Assembly: GCA_004431415.1 (NCBI GenBank) | Contig: QPMI01000537.1 | Location: 1-64,000, forward strand | Length of the DNA stretch: 64,000 nucleotides | Origin: Cyanophora paradoxa CCMP329 | Taxonomy: Eukaryota; Plantae; Glaucophyta | Reading direction: 5' to 3' | Part shown: one piece after another, positions 1-11,639 of the stretch | Position numbering within the stretch: the first letter of the stretch is position 1 | How the letters are laid out: the number at the start of each line of letters is the position of its first letter | Notes under the pieces: model-generated | Told to the model about the DNA's origin: nothing | The model's input: the letters and a program-made list of their open reading frames with translations, nothing else | Database searches by the model: none | Made by a program: the position numbers and the translations under genes

Positions 1-15
1 GGCCGGTGCGCGCAG

Positions 16-2768
16 CCGCCGCAGCTGCTTCGATGCCCGCTGATCCTGCGATTAGGTGGCTCGACGACGCGTACACAGTCGCAAAAAGCCGGTTCGAGAT
101 TCGCCTGCGGTCCAATTTGATCCAGCTGCAGGCTCTTAATCAGGCCCCTCCGCGCGCAGGCCCACCCTTCGGCGCCCTGCACATAGTGTACCGGAACTGG
201 ACGAACGCCTCCACCGCGGAGCAGATCCGCTCCAAGCTCCTGACGGATGAGGAGGGCAGCTCGGAGGCCGCCACCGCGAGCAACGCCCGCCGGGCTGTCC
301 TCCGCGCCGCCTTCGCGCGCATCGCCGTCCACTGCCTCCCGCCGCCGGCCGCCGACGCCGTCATTCGGGATAGCCAGAGCCTTCCGATCGCCTCGGCGAC
401 GGCGGACTTCCGGCGCGAGCTGGAGGCGCTGCGGCTGGACGTGGAGGAGGACCTGCGGGCGCCGGCTCCGTCCAGCGGGCTCCCGGCCTCCCGCTGCAGC
501 GGCCCCATGGCCGCAGGCCTCCTCGAACACCTCGCGGTGCGCACCCGCCGCCGCCGCCGCCGCCGCCGCGCGCTCTCTGATTTCTCACGCGCGCGGAGCA
601 GGCCGACGCCGGCGGGGCTCTCAGCATTCCGACGGCGCTGCAGGCGGCTCGGGAGGGGGCCGCCCGCGCCGCCGTCGAGAGCGTCGCCGCACAGCACTTG
701 AAACCGCTCCCCGCCGACCGCCTGTTCGCCTCGTACGAAGCGGAGCCACAGATCCGCGCATGCTGCGAGGCCGCCGCGACAGCCCTGAGCGCGGAGGTGC
801 CTACCCCCTTCCTCCTACTCCCCTCCCCACTCCCCCCCCCCCACTCCCCCGCTCCATCCCCACCCGCTTCCCCTCCCCTGCTCGTTCCGCTCTCAGGCGC
901 CCCGGTGTCCGCAGCTCGCAGCGATTTTCGAGGGGGGTAATCTTCAGGCCGTCACACGGTACGCACGACTTTTTCCCCTCCCCCTCCCCGCTCCTCCCGC
1001 CCGCCCCCCCCTTCCCCCCCTTCCCCCCCCCCCCCATCCCCTTCCCCCCCCCTCCCCATCCCCCTCTCCGCCCCCCTGTCTCCCCCACCCCCTCCTTTCC
1101 CCACACCCCTTAACCCGACTCCCCTACTCTCCTTTCTCTTGACTATCTCCCCCCTCGTCTCCCCCCACGCCCCCCCCCCCCCCCCCGCCCCCCTTCTTCT
1201 CCCCCCCCTTCACCCTCCCCCTTCCCCCTTCAACCCCCCCCCTCCCCCTCCCTGTCCCCGTCCCCATCCCCTTCAACACCCGCTCCGCCCCACCTTCCCT
1301 TCTCATTCTGTACGGCCGCGATCGGTGCAGGCACAAATCCGAACTGGCGAAGCGGTGCGAGGCCTTCCGCAAGCAGGAGGCGGCCGCCGCCTCCCAGCGC
1401 CTTGCCGCCGTCGCCGACAAGGCGCGCCCCGTACCCCGCGTGTACATGTCCGAGGCGCGAACTATTCTCCAGCTCACATTCGCGGACAGGTCGAGAAGGA
1501 GGTCGCCGGTCTGGCGCGCTCCATCGCGCATGATCTGAGCGCCGCCTTCTTTTCGTTCGAGGCGCCCGCCGGCGGCGGCCCGCTGCGCCTCCAGTGCACC
1601 GTCCGCGTCGGCAGCGGCAAGAACCTGGCGGACCTGACTCTGCCGGCCCCGGCATCGAAGTTAGTGGACCGCATCATCAGCTGGGCAGTGTTCTACGGCA
1701 TCGAGGCGTCCACCGCAGCCACGGACAAGCAGAACAGCGTCGCCATCAGCGACGCTCTCGGCGCCAAGTACGGGGTACGCAAAGTCTAATTAAACATTAT
1801 ATAAGCCGTCTGCAGCTTCGAATTCGAATAGCTTCTCACGCCCCCTCATGATCAGGCCTTCTCCAGTCTCATCCAGACCGCCGTCGAGGCGGCGAACGAG
1901 CGGGCGACCGAGGCGGCCCGCCACGCCCTGGACAAGCTTCTAGGTGCGAGTATTAATCTTGCTCCGCGCGCATTTCTTTCCCGAATTCGGCTCACTTTCC
2001 ACAGCCGCATCGCGGGAGTCGGTGGCGAGGGCGGAGCGGGAGCTGGCCGCCCGCCCGCCGGCGGGGCGGGAGGAGCTGCGGCGGGCGCTGCAGCAGTGGC
2101 CGGGCGTCGCGTGGCCCAGCATCGAGTCTCCCCCATCCGCCGACCTCTCCGTGCACGCGGAGCGGTGCAAGCGGGCGGCCGCAAAGGCGGCGGACGACGC
2201 CCTCGACCGCATCGCGGCGGTGCACGCCGGGAAGGCGAGGGAGGCTCTGAGGCGGGCGGCGGCCGAGGTCAAGCGGCGCATCGAGCAGCAGCCGATGGCC
2301 GACTTCGATGTGGAGCGGCTGCTCCGGGAGATCGGCGGCCAGGCGGCGGCGGCGGCGGCTCCGGAGGACGCGCGGGCGGAGCTGGCGGCGGTGAAGAGAT
2401 TCGCGCAGGAGGCGCGGCGCAAGGAAGAGGAGCGGCGGGCGCAGGAGGAGGCGAGGCGGAGAGCGATGGAAGAGGCGGAGCGGCAGCGGCAGCGGCAGGC
2501 GGAGCTCCAGCGGCAGGCGGAGGCGGCCCAGAGACAGAGGGGGGAGGAGGCGGCGCGGCTCGCGATGCAGCTCGAGAATTTGAGACTCGCTGCAGCATAT
2601 GCACACAGCGGGTACGCTGTGCAGCCTAGCTACAGCAGGCCAAGCAGCAGCGCCAGCAGCTCATCCGGGTACGGGTACGGATTCCAGCCACGTGTCTTGC
2701 AGACCGGGCCGCGGGGCGGCCAGTTCTACTACACCGAGTGGGGCACGAAGGTGTACAAAAAGCGTTAG
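16..2768 (+). CDS. 3' part of a spliced guanylate-binding-protein/atlastin-like (GB1/RHD3) gene with helical/coiled-coil region and a C-terminal GPRGG..YY...GTKVY motif
   Basis: The segment 'FGALHIVYRNW...SNARRAVLRAAFARIAVHCLPPP...DFRRELEAL...CSGPMAAGLL' resembles the C-terminal half of the GBP GTPase domain. An E/R/Q/A-rich coiled coil lies at ~2370-2580 and the stop is at 2766-2768. The P-loop is not in the window; the gene begins upstream (acceptor cag ends at 15). Confidence 0.55.
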
Positions 2769-3305
2769 CGAACGTAATCTCCTTCATTGTTGTATTGTAT
2801 TTTGTGAGCGAGCGTAGTCTGCTATATTTATTTATAGTTATTAGCAAGCGTAGTCTCCTATATGATCATGATTATTTTTTATCATGATAGACTCGCGATG
2901 ATCGTACGCATGATCATGATCATGATAAACTCGCGATAGATCATGATAGACTTACTCGGTACTCGCCCCCCTCCCCGCTTTTATTTTCATCCTAGAACTG
3001 TTTACATCGGTATCAATATTTAATATCTCATAGTCTGTTACGTACGTTTACATCGTCGTTCAAGTCTGTTACGTACGTATACATCGACATCGATTGGTTT
3101 GCGTGTGTTATCCCTGCAGATCTTAGATTCTTGACTCAATGAATGGGTTGGGCTCTCATGATTATACTATGATATACGGTCGACGTCATGAAATTGATCA
3201 GACTTAGCTAGAAAGAGCTACAGCAGGTGCGGCCACTGCACATGCGGCGGCGCAGATGCCGCAAGTGCATCGTCGTCGACAGCGGCCGCGGCGTCGGCGT
3301 CCAGA

Positions 3306-3716
3306 TCAGAACCGTCGAACTCGATCGCGAGAAGCGGCCCATACGCATGGCCAGCCTCCGTGCCGGCGTCCGCTCCGTCGATGTCGACCTGCGTCCACAT
3401 CATGGCATGTCAGCCGCATGGGGCGCATGCGCACGCGCAGCAGCGGAGGATATTCGAATTGATCGTAATCAGAATTTTCGAAAATTGCGTCCAGAGGATA
3501 TATACAAATAGGACGCACGTGCGCGGGCCCCTCGAGCTCGGATGCTGCAGAGTACGGTTGAATATTAATGACGTCGTCGAGCTCGCGGGCCACGGCGGTA
3601 GGCTCCGACCCCGCGGCGTACTGCACGCCAGGCTTGTACACCCACTTCCCCAGCTTCTTGTCGTACGTGTTCTCGCGGTGGAAGCAGTTGTAGGACTTCC
3701 CGCCGAATATCTGCAT
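3306..3716 (-). CDS. hypothetical protein (MQIFGGKSYNCFHRENTYDKKLGKWVYKPG...)
   Basis: ATG-initiated ORF whose first ~90 aa have globular-protein composition rather than the R/A/P/G bias of GC-driven ORFs. No family recognised. Confidence 0.35.
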   Translation of the reverse strand: MQIFGGKSYNCFHRENTYDKKLGKWVYKPGVQYAAGSEPTAVARELDDVINIQPYSAASELEGPAHVRPICIYPLDAIFENSDYDQFEYPPLLRVRMRPMRLTCHDVDAGRHRRSGRRHGGWPCVWAASRDRVRRF

Positions 3717-3875
3717 GGCGCCGGCAGTGGGCGATGCGCCGTTTCAGTGAGTCAGTGAGATCAGATGATCGAGAGACTCATATATATGCATGGTCGATGG
3801 GATCCGATGATTTAAAGAAAACAATTAGAGGCTAATTCGAGGCTTCAAGCGATGATCATGATCATGATCATAATC

Positions 3876-4762
3876 TAGAGCTCGGAGAATCTATTATTAC
3901 TCTTGATCACCTTGGCAAAGAGATTGACGATGGGGCGATCGGTCGCGTGCGTCGGCTGCTCGCGGGGGCTGACTGTGCCGCCGTGCTTGAATTCCGGACA
4001 GCAGGCGAAATTGTTCTGCAGGATCCGGAAGAAATAATCGAATTACATTTGGAAGCTACGTTTCAATGCCTTGTGATATTTATAAAGAGGCTCGAGCTCA
4101 GGGGATGTACCTCATCATAGAGATGGATGGGGCGAGGGCACGACCTCAGGACCTTCTCCGGCCCCCCTGCTGGGGCCACCTTGTAATCCCTGCGTATGCG
4201 AGCCGCCCCCAGGCCGCCTCCTAGCTTAGAAAATGCTGAGAATGCCATGATGTTTGATTGATTGCAAGTTAGAGAGTTATAGGACCTGCAGGGATATTTT
4301 AATTCGTCCAGAAACTCCAGGAACCGCTCGTGCGCCTCGTTCTCGTAGACGAAAAGCTTGTTGCCTTTAATCTCCAGGTCGCCGTTTGATATCTGCGCCG
4401 ACCACGTTTTCAGTTTTTCAACATCATGAATCCGAGGATTGCGGCTTCATGTACAATTATAATCAACGTTTCTAGGGCTGGCCATATGCATGGGGGCGCG
4501 CGCGCACGTTCGTCAGGCTGGTGCCCGCGGGGCACTTCACCATCCCCTCGTAGTGCTTCAGGTGCTCCGCAAAGTCGCGGCCGACGCTGGGGTGCCGCCC
4601 CGCCTCGACGAGCTTGCGCGCGGCGGGCGAGGCGTCGCTCGTGTAGTGCATGTACACATCGGCCCCGTGGCCCTTACCCTTCAGGAAGTCGTCCCGCTTC
4701 AGCGCCTCGTCGTAGGTCAGGGGCCACGAGCCGACCCGCGCCACGAACGGGTTCAACGCCAT
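3876..4762 (-). CDS. hypothetical spliced protein (MALNPFVARVGSWPLTYDEALKRDDFLKG...ETLIIIVHEAANPRIHDVEKLKTW...)
   Basis: ORF 4472-4762 appears to join, via a short intron, an open frame running ~4470-4110 and a probable last exon at ~4016-3876. Composition is realistic. No family recognised. Confidence 0.45.
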
Positions 4763-4889
4763 GGCTGCAGCTGCAGCTTCCGCAGTGCAGCGGGATGTGC
4801 AGATGCAGCTGGAGCCGCGGCGGCCGCCCGTGCGCGCCCTCGGCCTGTTGGCGTTTGAGCTCGCGCGCTAATGCTCCAGATCAGCGGCC

Positions 4890-5355
4890 GCGGCTCCCGG
4901 AGTCCCGCAAGATCAAGGCACGCGCCTAGGCTATTGTAAATTAAAGCGGGACAGAGCAGCGGACTGTAGCAAACTAGGACTGTAGCCGCGCGCGGAACAG
5001 AGCTATAGCGCGGCGCTCATTTGATGTCAACGTTAACGTGAACGTTACTCCCAAGAGTCCCAAAGTGACTCCCGACTCCGAGTCCCGAGTCCCAACCGGC
5101 CGGGTTTGAACCGATCGCGATCCGGGTACCCAGGCCGGGTTTGAACCGATCGCGATCGGAACCGGTGCCGCGCCGGTCCGACGGTCCACGTGCTGAAACG
5201 TCAGGTGCTGTACCCCTGATGGCTTAGGGGCCCCTGGGAAGCGCTAGCCTCGGAGTCTCCGCTCCGACTCCGGACTCCCGAGTCCCAATCGCGAGTTCGA
5301 ATTCGAATTGCAGCCTCCGGCGTGAGTCCCCGGCGACTCTTCGCGTCCGGGACGC
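4890..5355. repeat. cluster of GACTCCC/GAGTCCC motifs plus a 25-bp direct repeat; possible DNA-transposon/MITE subterminal region
   Basis: Repeated gactcc/gagtcc motifs at 5047-5093 and 5252-5332. ggccgggtttgaaccgatcgcgatc occurs at 5098-5122 and 5133-5157. Confidence 0.45.
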
Positions 5356-5540
5356 GCGCGCGCGCGGCGATCGGGCGCTGCATTCCGCTGCTGATTTCCG
5401 CATTCCCCTGGCCCGGGGCCAGTGCAGCCCGGCCCCGGCAACGCGATCAGATCTCGTTCCTTCGCGCTGAACTACGTATACGGCTAGAAGCAGAAATCTA
5501 GCTGAAGAAATGAAATAAATGAGCTGAAGAGGGGCGCGGA

Positions 5541-8475
5541 TCATGATGCGGACCCCCTCGCTTGAGAAATAATAAGCAGCACATAGATGAGCTCGAGCGG
5601 GCGCCCCCCGATCGCGATCGACGTCGGCTTCGGGTCCCCTGCAGCTGGCGCCCCGGCCCCCTCCCGAGGCGGCCGCGGCCCGCACGCGCCCCCCCGAGAG
5701 GTCGAGGCCTGAAGAACTGGGCTATGCCTCCTCCTGGGGGACCCCCCCGGCAACGTCGACCCCCGCCACGGCGATGGCGTCGCCCGCGCGCTCCGGCGCC
5801 TCCCCGGCCGCCGGCTGCGCGCGCGCGCGGCGCCATCGATATCAGTGTCGACGGCGGAGTGGAAGGCTCAAGAGGGCGCGAAAACCGCACGCGAAAATCG
5901 CACCTCGGCGACCTCGTACTTCCGCGCCGTGTGGGGCCGCAATATCGACTTGCCCCGCAGCGTCTGCGAGCCCCCGCTGGCCGGCGCCGCCGGCGCGGGC
6001 GCCCCGGGCCCCGCCTCCTCGCCGCGGAAGACGATGCTCCGGCGGCGCCCGTCCCCGTCCCCGGCCTCGCCGCCGCCCCAGTCCGCCTCGGGCACGCTGG
6101 AGAGGGAGGGTATGCTGGCCGGCCTCTGCTGCTGCGGCTGAGAGCCGCCACCGCCGCCCGCGGGCACTAGTGAGTGGAAGCCCGCCGCGCCCCCGCCGCC
6201 GCCGTTGCTGCCGCCCTCCCCGCCCCCCCTCGAGCTCGCCTCGCTCGCATCGTTCCCGCCCGAGCGGTCCGACCCGCCCTGACGAGAAAGGCTCAGATGA
6301 AGAAACAAAGGGCGGGAGGGGGGGAGGGGAAAGCGGGCAGGGGGGTACCGCGAAATTGAAGGAGTTCTGGCGGGAGCCGCCGCGCGACGTACCCCACTTG
6401 CCGGACTGCCGCATCATCTCCCGCTTCTTGTTCATCTGCGAACGAAGTGAGCCTCGAAGGAAGAGGAGGAAGGGGGGGCGGGGGCGGGGAGGGGGGGTAC
6501 GCTCGCTCGCCTGCTGAAGGACCTTGCGTGTCTCGACGACCTTTCGTCCGGTGAGAAGAAGAAGACAAAGGCACGGATTAGAATGCTAGCAACCGCGTCA
6601 GATTTACATATCGAGCCTGCACCTTCTTGATGGTGTTCATCCAGGCCCCGGCGTCCTTGCGGTCGGCGGGGGCCTCGCCCCCCTCGGGCCCCTCCGCCCC
6701 CGCCTCGCCCGCCTCCTTCGCAAAGCGCGCGTTCACCACCGGCGGGCTCGGGCGAACGTTCACCTGTGTGTGCGTGCGCGCCCCGCATCAGCGAGCCTGC
6801 AGGAGTCTAGGCGAGGCTTGGGCGGGGGTCTAGGCCCAGTTCTAGGTCGCGAGAGCGATGTGCAAAGGCCGGGGGCGGCGGCGGCCGGGGGTGGGCGGTG
6901 AGGGGCGCGGGCCTTGTAGCGGAGGTTTGCGACGGCCCAGTCGGCGGCGAGGTAGCGCTCCCAGAGCACCATCACCACCACCAGCTCCCGCCGCATGATC
7001 TGAGGGGAGGGGGGGGGGAGGGGGGGGGTGAGCGGGAGGGGAGGGAGGGAGGGAGGGGCCGAGACAGAGTGGAGGGCGCCCGGAGCGCAAAGCTGGAGCC
7101 AAGGCAAGGGAAGCTAGCTATCTATACAAGGGAAGCGGAGGGGCAAAGCAAAGCGGCGCGCCTCGAGGTTTGTGGTGATGTGCTTCCACATCTTGTGCCG
7201 GGCGATGGCGTCGTCCAGCGCGATCTCCCGCTCCTGCAGCGGGTCCTGCGTGCGGCGGGGCGGGGCGCCGCCTCTTGTCGGCCGCCCGCTGTAGGTTTCT
7301 AGCTTCTAGGATAGGTTCTAGGATCTAGGATCTATTACGGGCTGTCTTGTTTCTAGGTTCTAGGATATCCCGCTCCTGCAGCGGGTCCTGCCCCGCCGAC
7401 CTCGTCGTTAGATCCTAGTGCCGAAGCTGGGGCGGAGCTTTGATACAATCCTAAATCTGCTGGACTCCCGCTGGATTCTCGCTGGGTTCTTAGATTCTTA
7501 GGATTCTATTGGATTCTTCCTAGGTTCTCTTGCTAGGCCGGACCTGGAGCTCGTAGTGCCAGAGCTCGGCGGCCGCCTCGCCCTCACTAGGTTATCTCAC
7601 GGGCTTCTTTTATAATTACTAGCTTCCCTTAAAGAGACTATTTATAGAGCGGACCTGGAGCTCGTAGTGCCAGAGCTCGGCGGCATCCTCGACGCTGTTC
7701 TTGACGTCGGCGAAGATGGTGAAGAGGCGCTCGAGGTAGTGGCAGTTGGGCGCCGCGGGGGGGAGGATCGCCCCGCACACCTAAGGGCGAGTTGTTGGGT
7801 CAGGTCGAGTTAGTTGGGTACGATAGAGTAGATTATAATTAGGGTACGGGCGGGTCACGTCTAATTCTGGAGTAGGGTAACTAATCAGCGGGGTCCGGGG
7901 CCGGGACCAGCGAGGCGCACGCCGGGCCAGGCGCGGTCCTTCGATTAGCTATGGGCCCCCGTCCAAAAGGCTATAGGCTACATAGGATATAGATAAGCTA
8001 GATAGAACAGTTGGACCTCGAGTATTGAAGTACTAACTAACTAGTTAGTTGGTTAGTTCGTTAGTTAGTCTAGATCTTAGTCGGCGGGCCGGCCGGGCGC
8101 ACGTCGAGCCAGGCGCGGTCGAAGTCGCCGCCGAGGCCGCCGACGTCGGCGGGGCGGTCCAGCCCGTGGAAGCGCAGGATCACCTTCGAGTTCGAGGAGT
8201 CAGCGGTCAAGGCGAGATTTACGCGGCAGGGCGCAGGCTGGGCGCCGCATCACTAGAAGGCGGGGCGAAGGCAGGGCGTCTTTAACGTTGCTATCCTGTT
8301 AGGTACTTTATTCAACTAGGTTCTTTGTTCTGTCACCTTGACGCGGGCGGCGGGGGCGATCTCGTCGGTGCCGCGGAGGAGCGCCGCCTGCTGGAGCATG
8401 CGCCCGTGCCGGTTCTCCCCGCTGAACATGTCGTACCTGCCCGGGGAGAGAGTCGGAAAAGAGTAGGCGAAAATG

Positions 8476-8506
<31 letters not shown>

Positions 8507-11500
8507 ATATATATAGGTTATATAGAGAGTTCTATCTAGAGAGTTCTATCTATCTGTCTTAGATAGATAGAAAGCGAGCGAAAGAAGGGAGCGGGCGGGC
8601 GTTTAGATAGAGAGATAAGCAACAGACTGAGTTCTAAGCGATGAGATCACTCATGGTCTTCCTCTTCTGAAACTGGGGTCGGCGCGGGGGCGGGGAGGGG
8701 CGCACGGGTTGCCAAACTTGCCGCCGCCGCCGCGCATGAGGCCCTCGAGGGGGAAGAGGACGTCGTCCTGCTGCACGGCGACGACCCGCCGCAGCCGCTT
8801 GTCCACGAAGTCCCGCAGCATCAGCTCTGCGGGGGAGGAGATGAGAGGGGGGGGGGAGGGGGGTCTGTGCGAGATTCATTTGTTTGGAGCTAGATAGGTT
8901 CTTGATAAATAGATAGAGGAACGTGCTGCGCTACATTCCTTATTATAATAATGACACTTTAGGTTGGCGGGGAAGGAGGGAGGGGCGGGGCGCGCCGTTG
9001 GAGGAGGTGCGGTTGTCGCCGAGGAGGACGTTCACGGGGTTGAACTCCTGCAGCAGCCGCTCCATCTGCGCGTGCGCTCCCCGAGGGCGAATTCGAACGG
9101 GGTCCAAGGTCAGAGGGAGGAGGTCCGAGGGGCCGCGCGCGCGGGTCGGGCCGGGCCGGGCCGGGCCGGGTGCAGGCGCGAAGGAAGCTAAGAAATAAAA
9201 CCAAAGCTAAGGGCAAGGTATAAGTCCACGGAGGTCAGGAGGAGGAGGAGGAGGAGGAGGTCCGAGGGGCCGCATGTGGGCGCTAACAAGGTTAAGAAAT
9301 CAAAGCGAAGGGCAAGGGCCGTAAGATCCAAGTTCTAAATAGGATCAGATAGGACCCGAAGGGCGCACGTTCGAGCGGTCGCTCCTGCGCTTCTTCTCGA
9401 TCTGCTCCTTCTGGCTCTCCAGCCGCATCGCCCTGCGAATCGAAGGCGAATCGAAGGCGCCCGCCCAGGGTCACTCATAATCAATGACGCTCGGCGCACG
9501 TGTCTATGCTATTACGCTATTATCCTATCCTCTAATGTTATGCTATTAGGCCGCGCGCGCGCCCGCGCGCACGTGTGCTCGGTGCGGAGGAGGCGGATGA
9601 CCATCTTGGCGGACATGGCGCCGAGGAGGCCCATCCCCGCCACCGCGAGCGCGATCGCGAGCAGCCGCGCCACGATGTTCACGGGGACGATGTCCCCGTA
9701 CCCGATCGTGCACACTGCGAACGAAGCTTAAGCGTGGGAAGAGGCGCGTCGAGAAGGGGGGCCGCGGCCCGAGCCCGAGCCCCCGCGGCGAGCTCGGGCT
9801 CGGGCTCGAGCGCGCGACAAAAGCGCGCACGGGTGACGAAGGAGAACCAGAAGACGTTGGAGATGTCCTCGAAGGCCGGCGTCGAGTCCTGCGCGCGCGC
9901 GCGGGGTCAGCAGAGGGCGAGATCCGAGGTCTGAAGGCCGGGCCCTGGACCCTAGGGTGGGCAGGCGGGCGGGCGGGCGGAATACACTAGGGCAACGAAG
10001 CACTAGACCTAGATCTAGATCTCTTTGGGTGCGGGGAAGAAGCTCCGGGGCGGGCGGGCTTCAGGAAGCCTCTAAGGATTCTAAGGATTTAAAGCTTCTA
10101 GGCAATAAGATGGGCGTCCGAGTTCTTTCTTTCTTTCTCTCTTTCTTCGGGCTCTCGCCTGCTCGAGGATCTTGATCCATATGGAGACGAGGACGATGAG
10201 GAGGGAGGTGAGGATGGAGAGGAACGCCATCGGCCGCTCCATCAGCAGCAGGATGAAGAAGTTCTGATGAAGGAGGAGGCGAGGAGTGAGATGAGGAGGA
10301 GGAGGAGGGGGGGACGTCGGACCTGGTGGGTGAGGCGGCGGTAGAGGCGCATGACGCGGACGACCTTGAGGATGCGCAGGATCCGCATGATCCGCCCCAG
10401 GCCTGCAGGCAAAGGAGCGCGAGTCAGGATCTCTACAGTTCTTCTACAGATTCTTGCGGCGTTGCGAGATTTTATTTTCAGTGCGCACGCATGAGGACGG
10501 CGAACTGGAGGACTCCGACCGTCGTGCTGCGCGCGGGGCGGTTTCTGCGGGGGCGGGGGGGGGGGGGGGGGGGGTACGGGGCACGCACACGGCGGGGATG
10601 TCGGTGATGAGGGAGGGGATGTCGTACCAGTTGGCGCGGAGGAACTTGAAGACGGAGGGGTACAGCTCGCGGTCGCGGTACACGCAGCGCATGACAAGGT
10701 CCACCGCGAAGAGGCTTGTCGAGACGAAGTCGAACCTGCGCCCTCCCGGTCGGTGCGCGCGGGCGGGTAGGGAAGGGTGGAGGGGGGGGGGGAGGAGGGG
10801 GGGAAGGGGGGGGAAGAAGGGGGGGGAGGAAAGTGGAGCGCATCGTAAGAAGAAGCTCATTGGGTTCTTAGTGGACTCGTAATGGTTCGCTAGGCGACTT
10901 CGCTTGGGCCGGCTCGGTCCGGTCCCCGCGGGGCCGGGAGGGGAGGGGAGGGGTACCGCACCACATGAGGATGCGCTGCTGCTTCGGGGGGAGGGGGGAC
11001 TGCAAGGGAACGTGTCTCGGCGGAAAGGAACGGGGTACGGGTGACGGGGGGGGGAGGGGGGGGTAGAGCGCACGGCGTTGTAGAGGGGTATGATGGCGAT
11101 GATGACGGATACGAACACGAGGAGGAGGACCAGGGCCTGGCGTTGGGGGAGGCGTCAGCTCTAATTCTGAGAAGGGGGCGGGGGGGGCGGGGGTGTACCT
11201 GGCAGATCCAGGCCACGGCGTCCCAGCGGGACTGGAAGAGGGGTACCGAGCGGGCGATCTCCTCCGCCTTGGCCCGCAGCTCGGGCTCCGACTGCGCGGG
11301 CGAGCGGGGCGGGATCGATGTCAGATCAGCGCTGCCGCGTCCACAGCTAATGGGAGAATGACTCTAGTGAGAACACAAGAATGCGCACCGTGGAGACGAC
11401 GGAGGTGCGGCGGCCGCCGATGCTCGAGGAGCCGTCCGTGACCGAGTAGCCGGCGCTCGACCGCGAGTCGTCGTCGTCCCCGCGGCTCCGCCCGTAGCGC

Positions 11501-11606
11501 GAGTTGCTGCGAGGCCGCCCCCTCCGATCAGATTCTCATCGATTAGCCTCTCACTGGACTCCTATTATCGTGAGGACTCTCAGGACCGCATGCGCGTGGA
11601 CTCGGA

Positions 11607-11639
<33 letters not shown>

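Noticed and set aside
801-1330. Pro-rich or Gly-rich ORFs
   Set aside because: They derive from poly-C intronic tracts within the GBP-like gene. The same applies to similar ORFs throughout the window.
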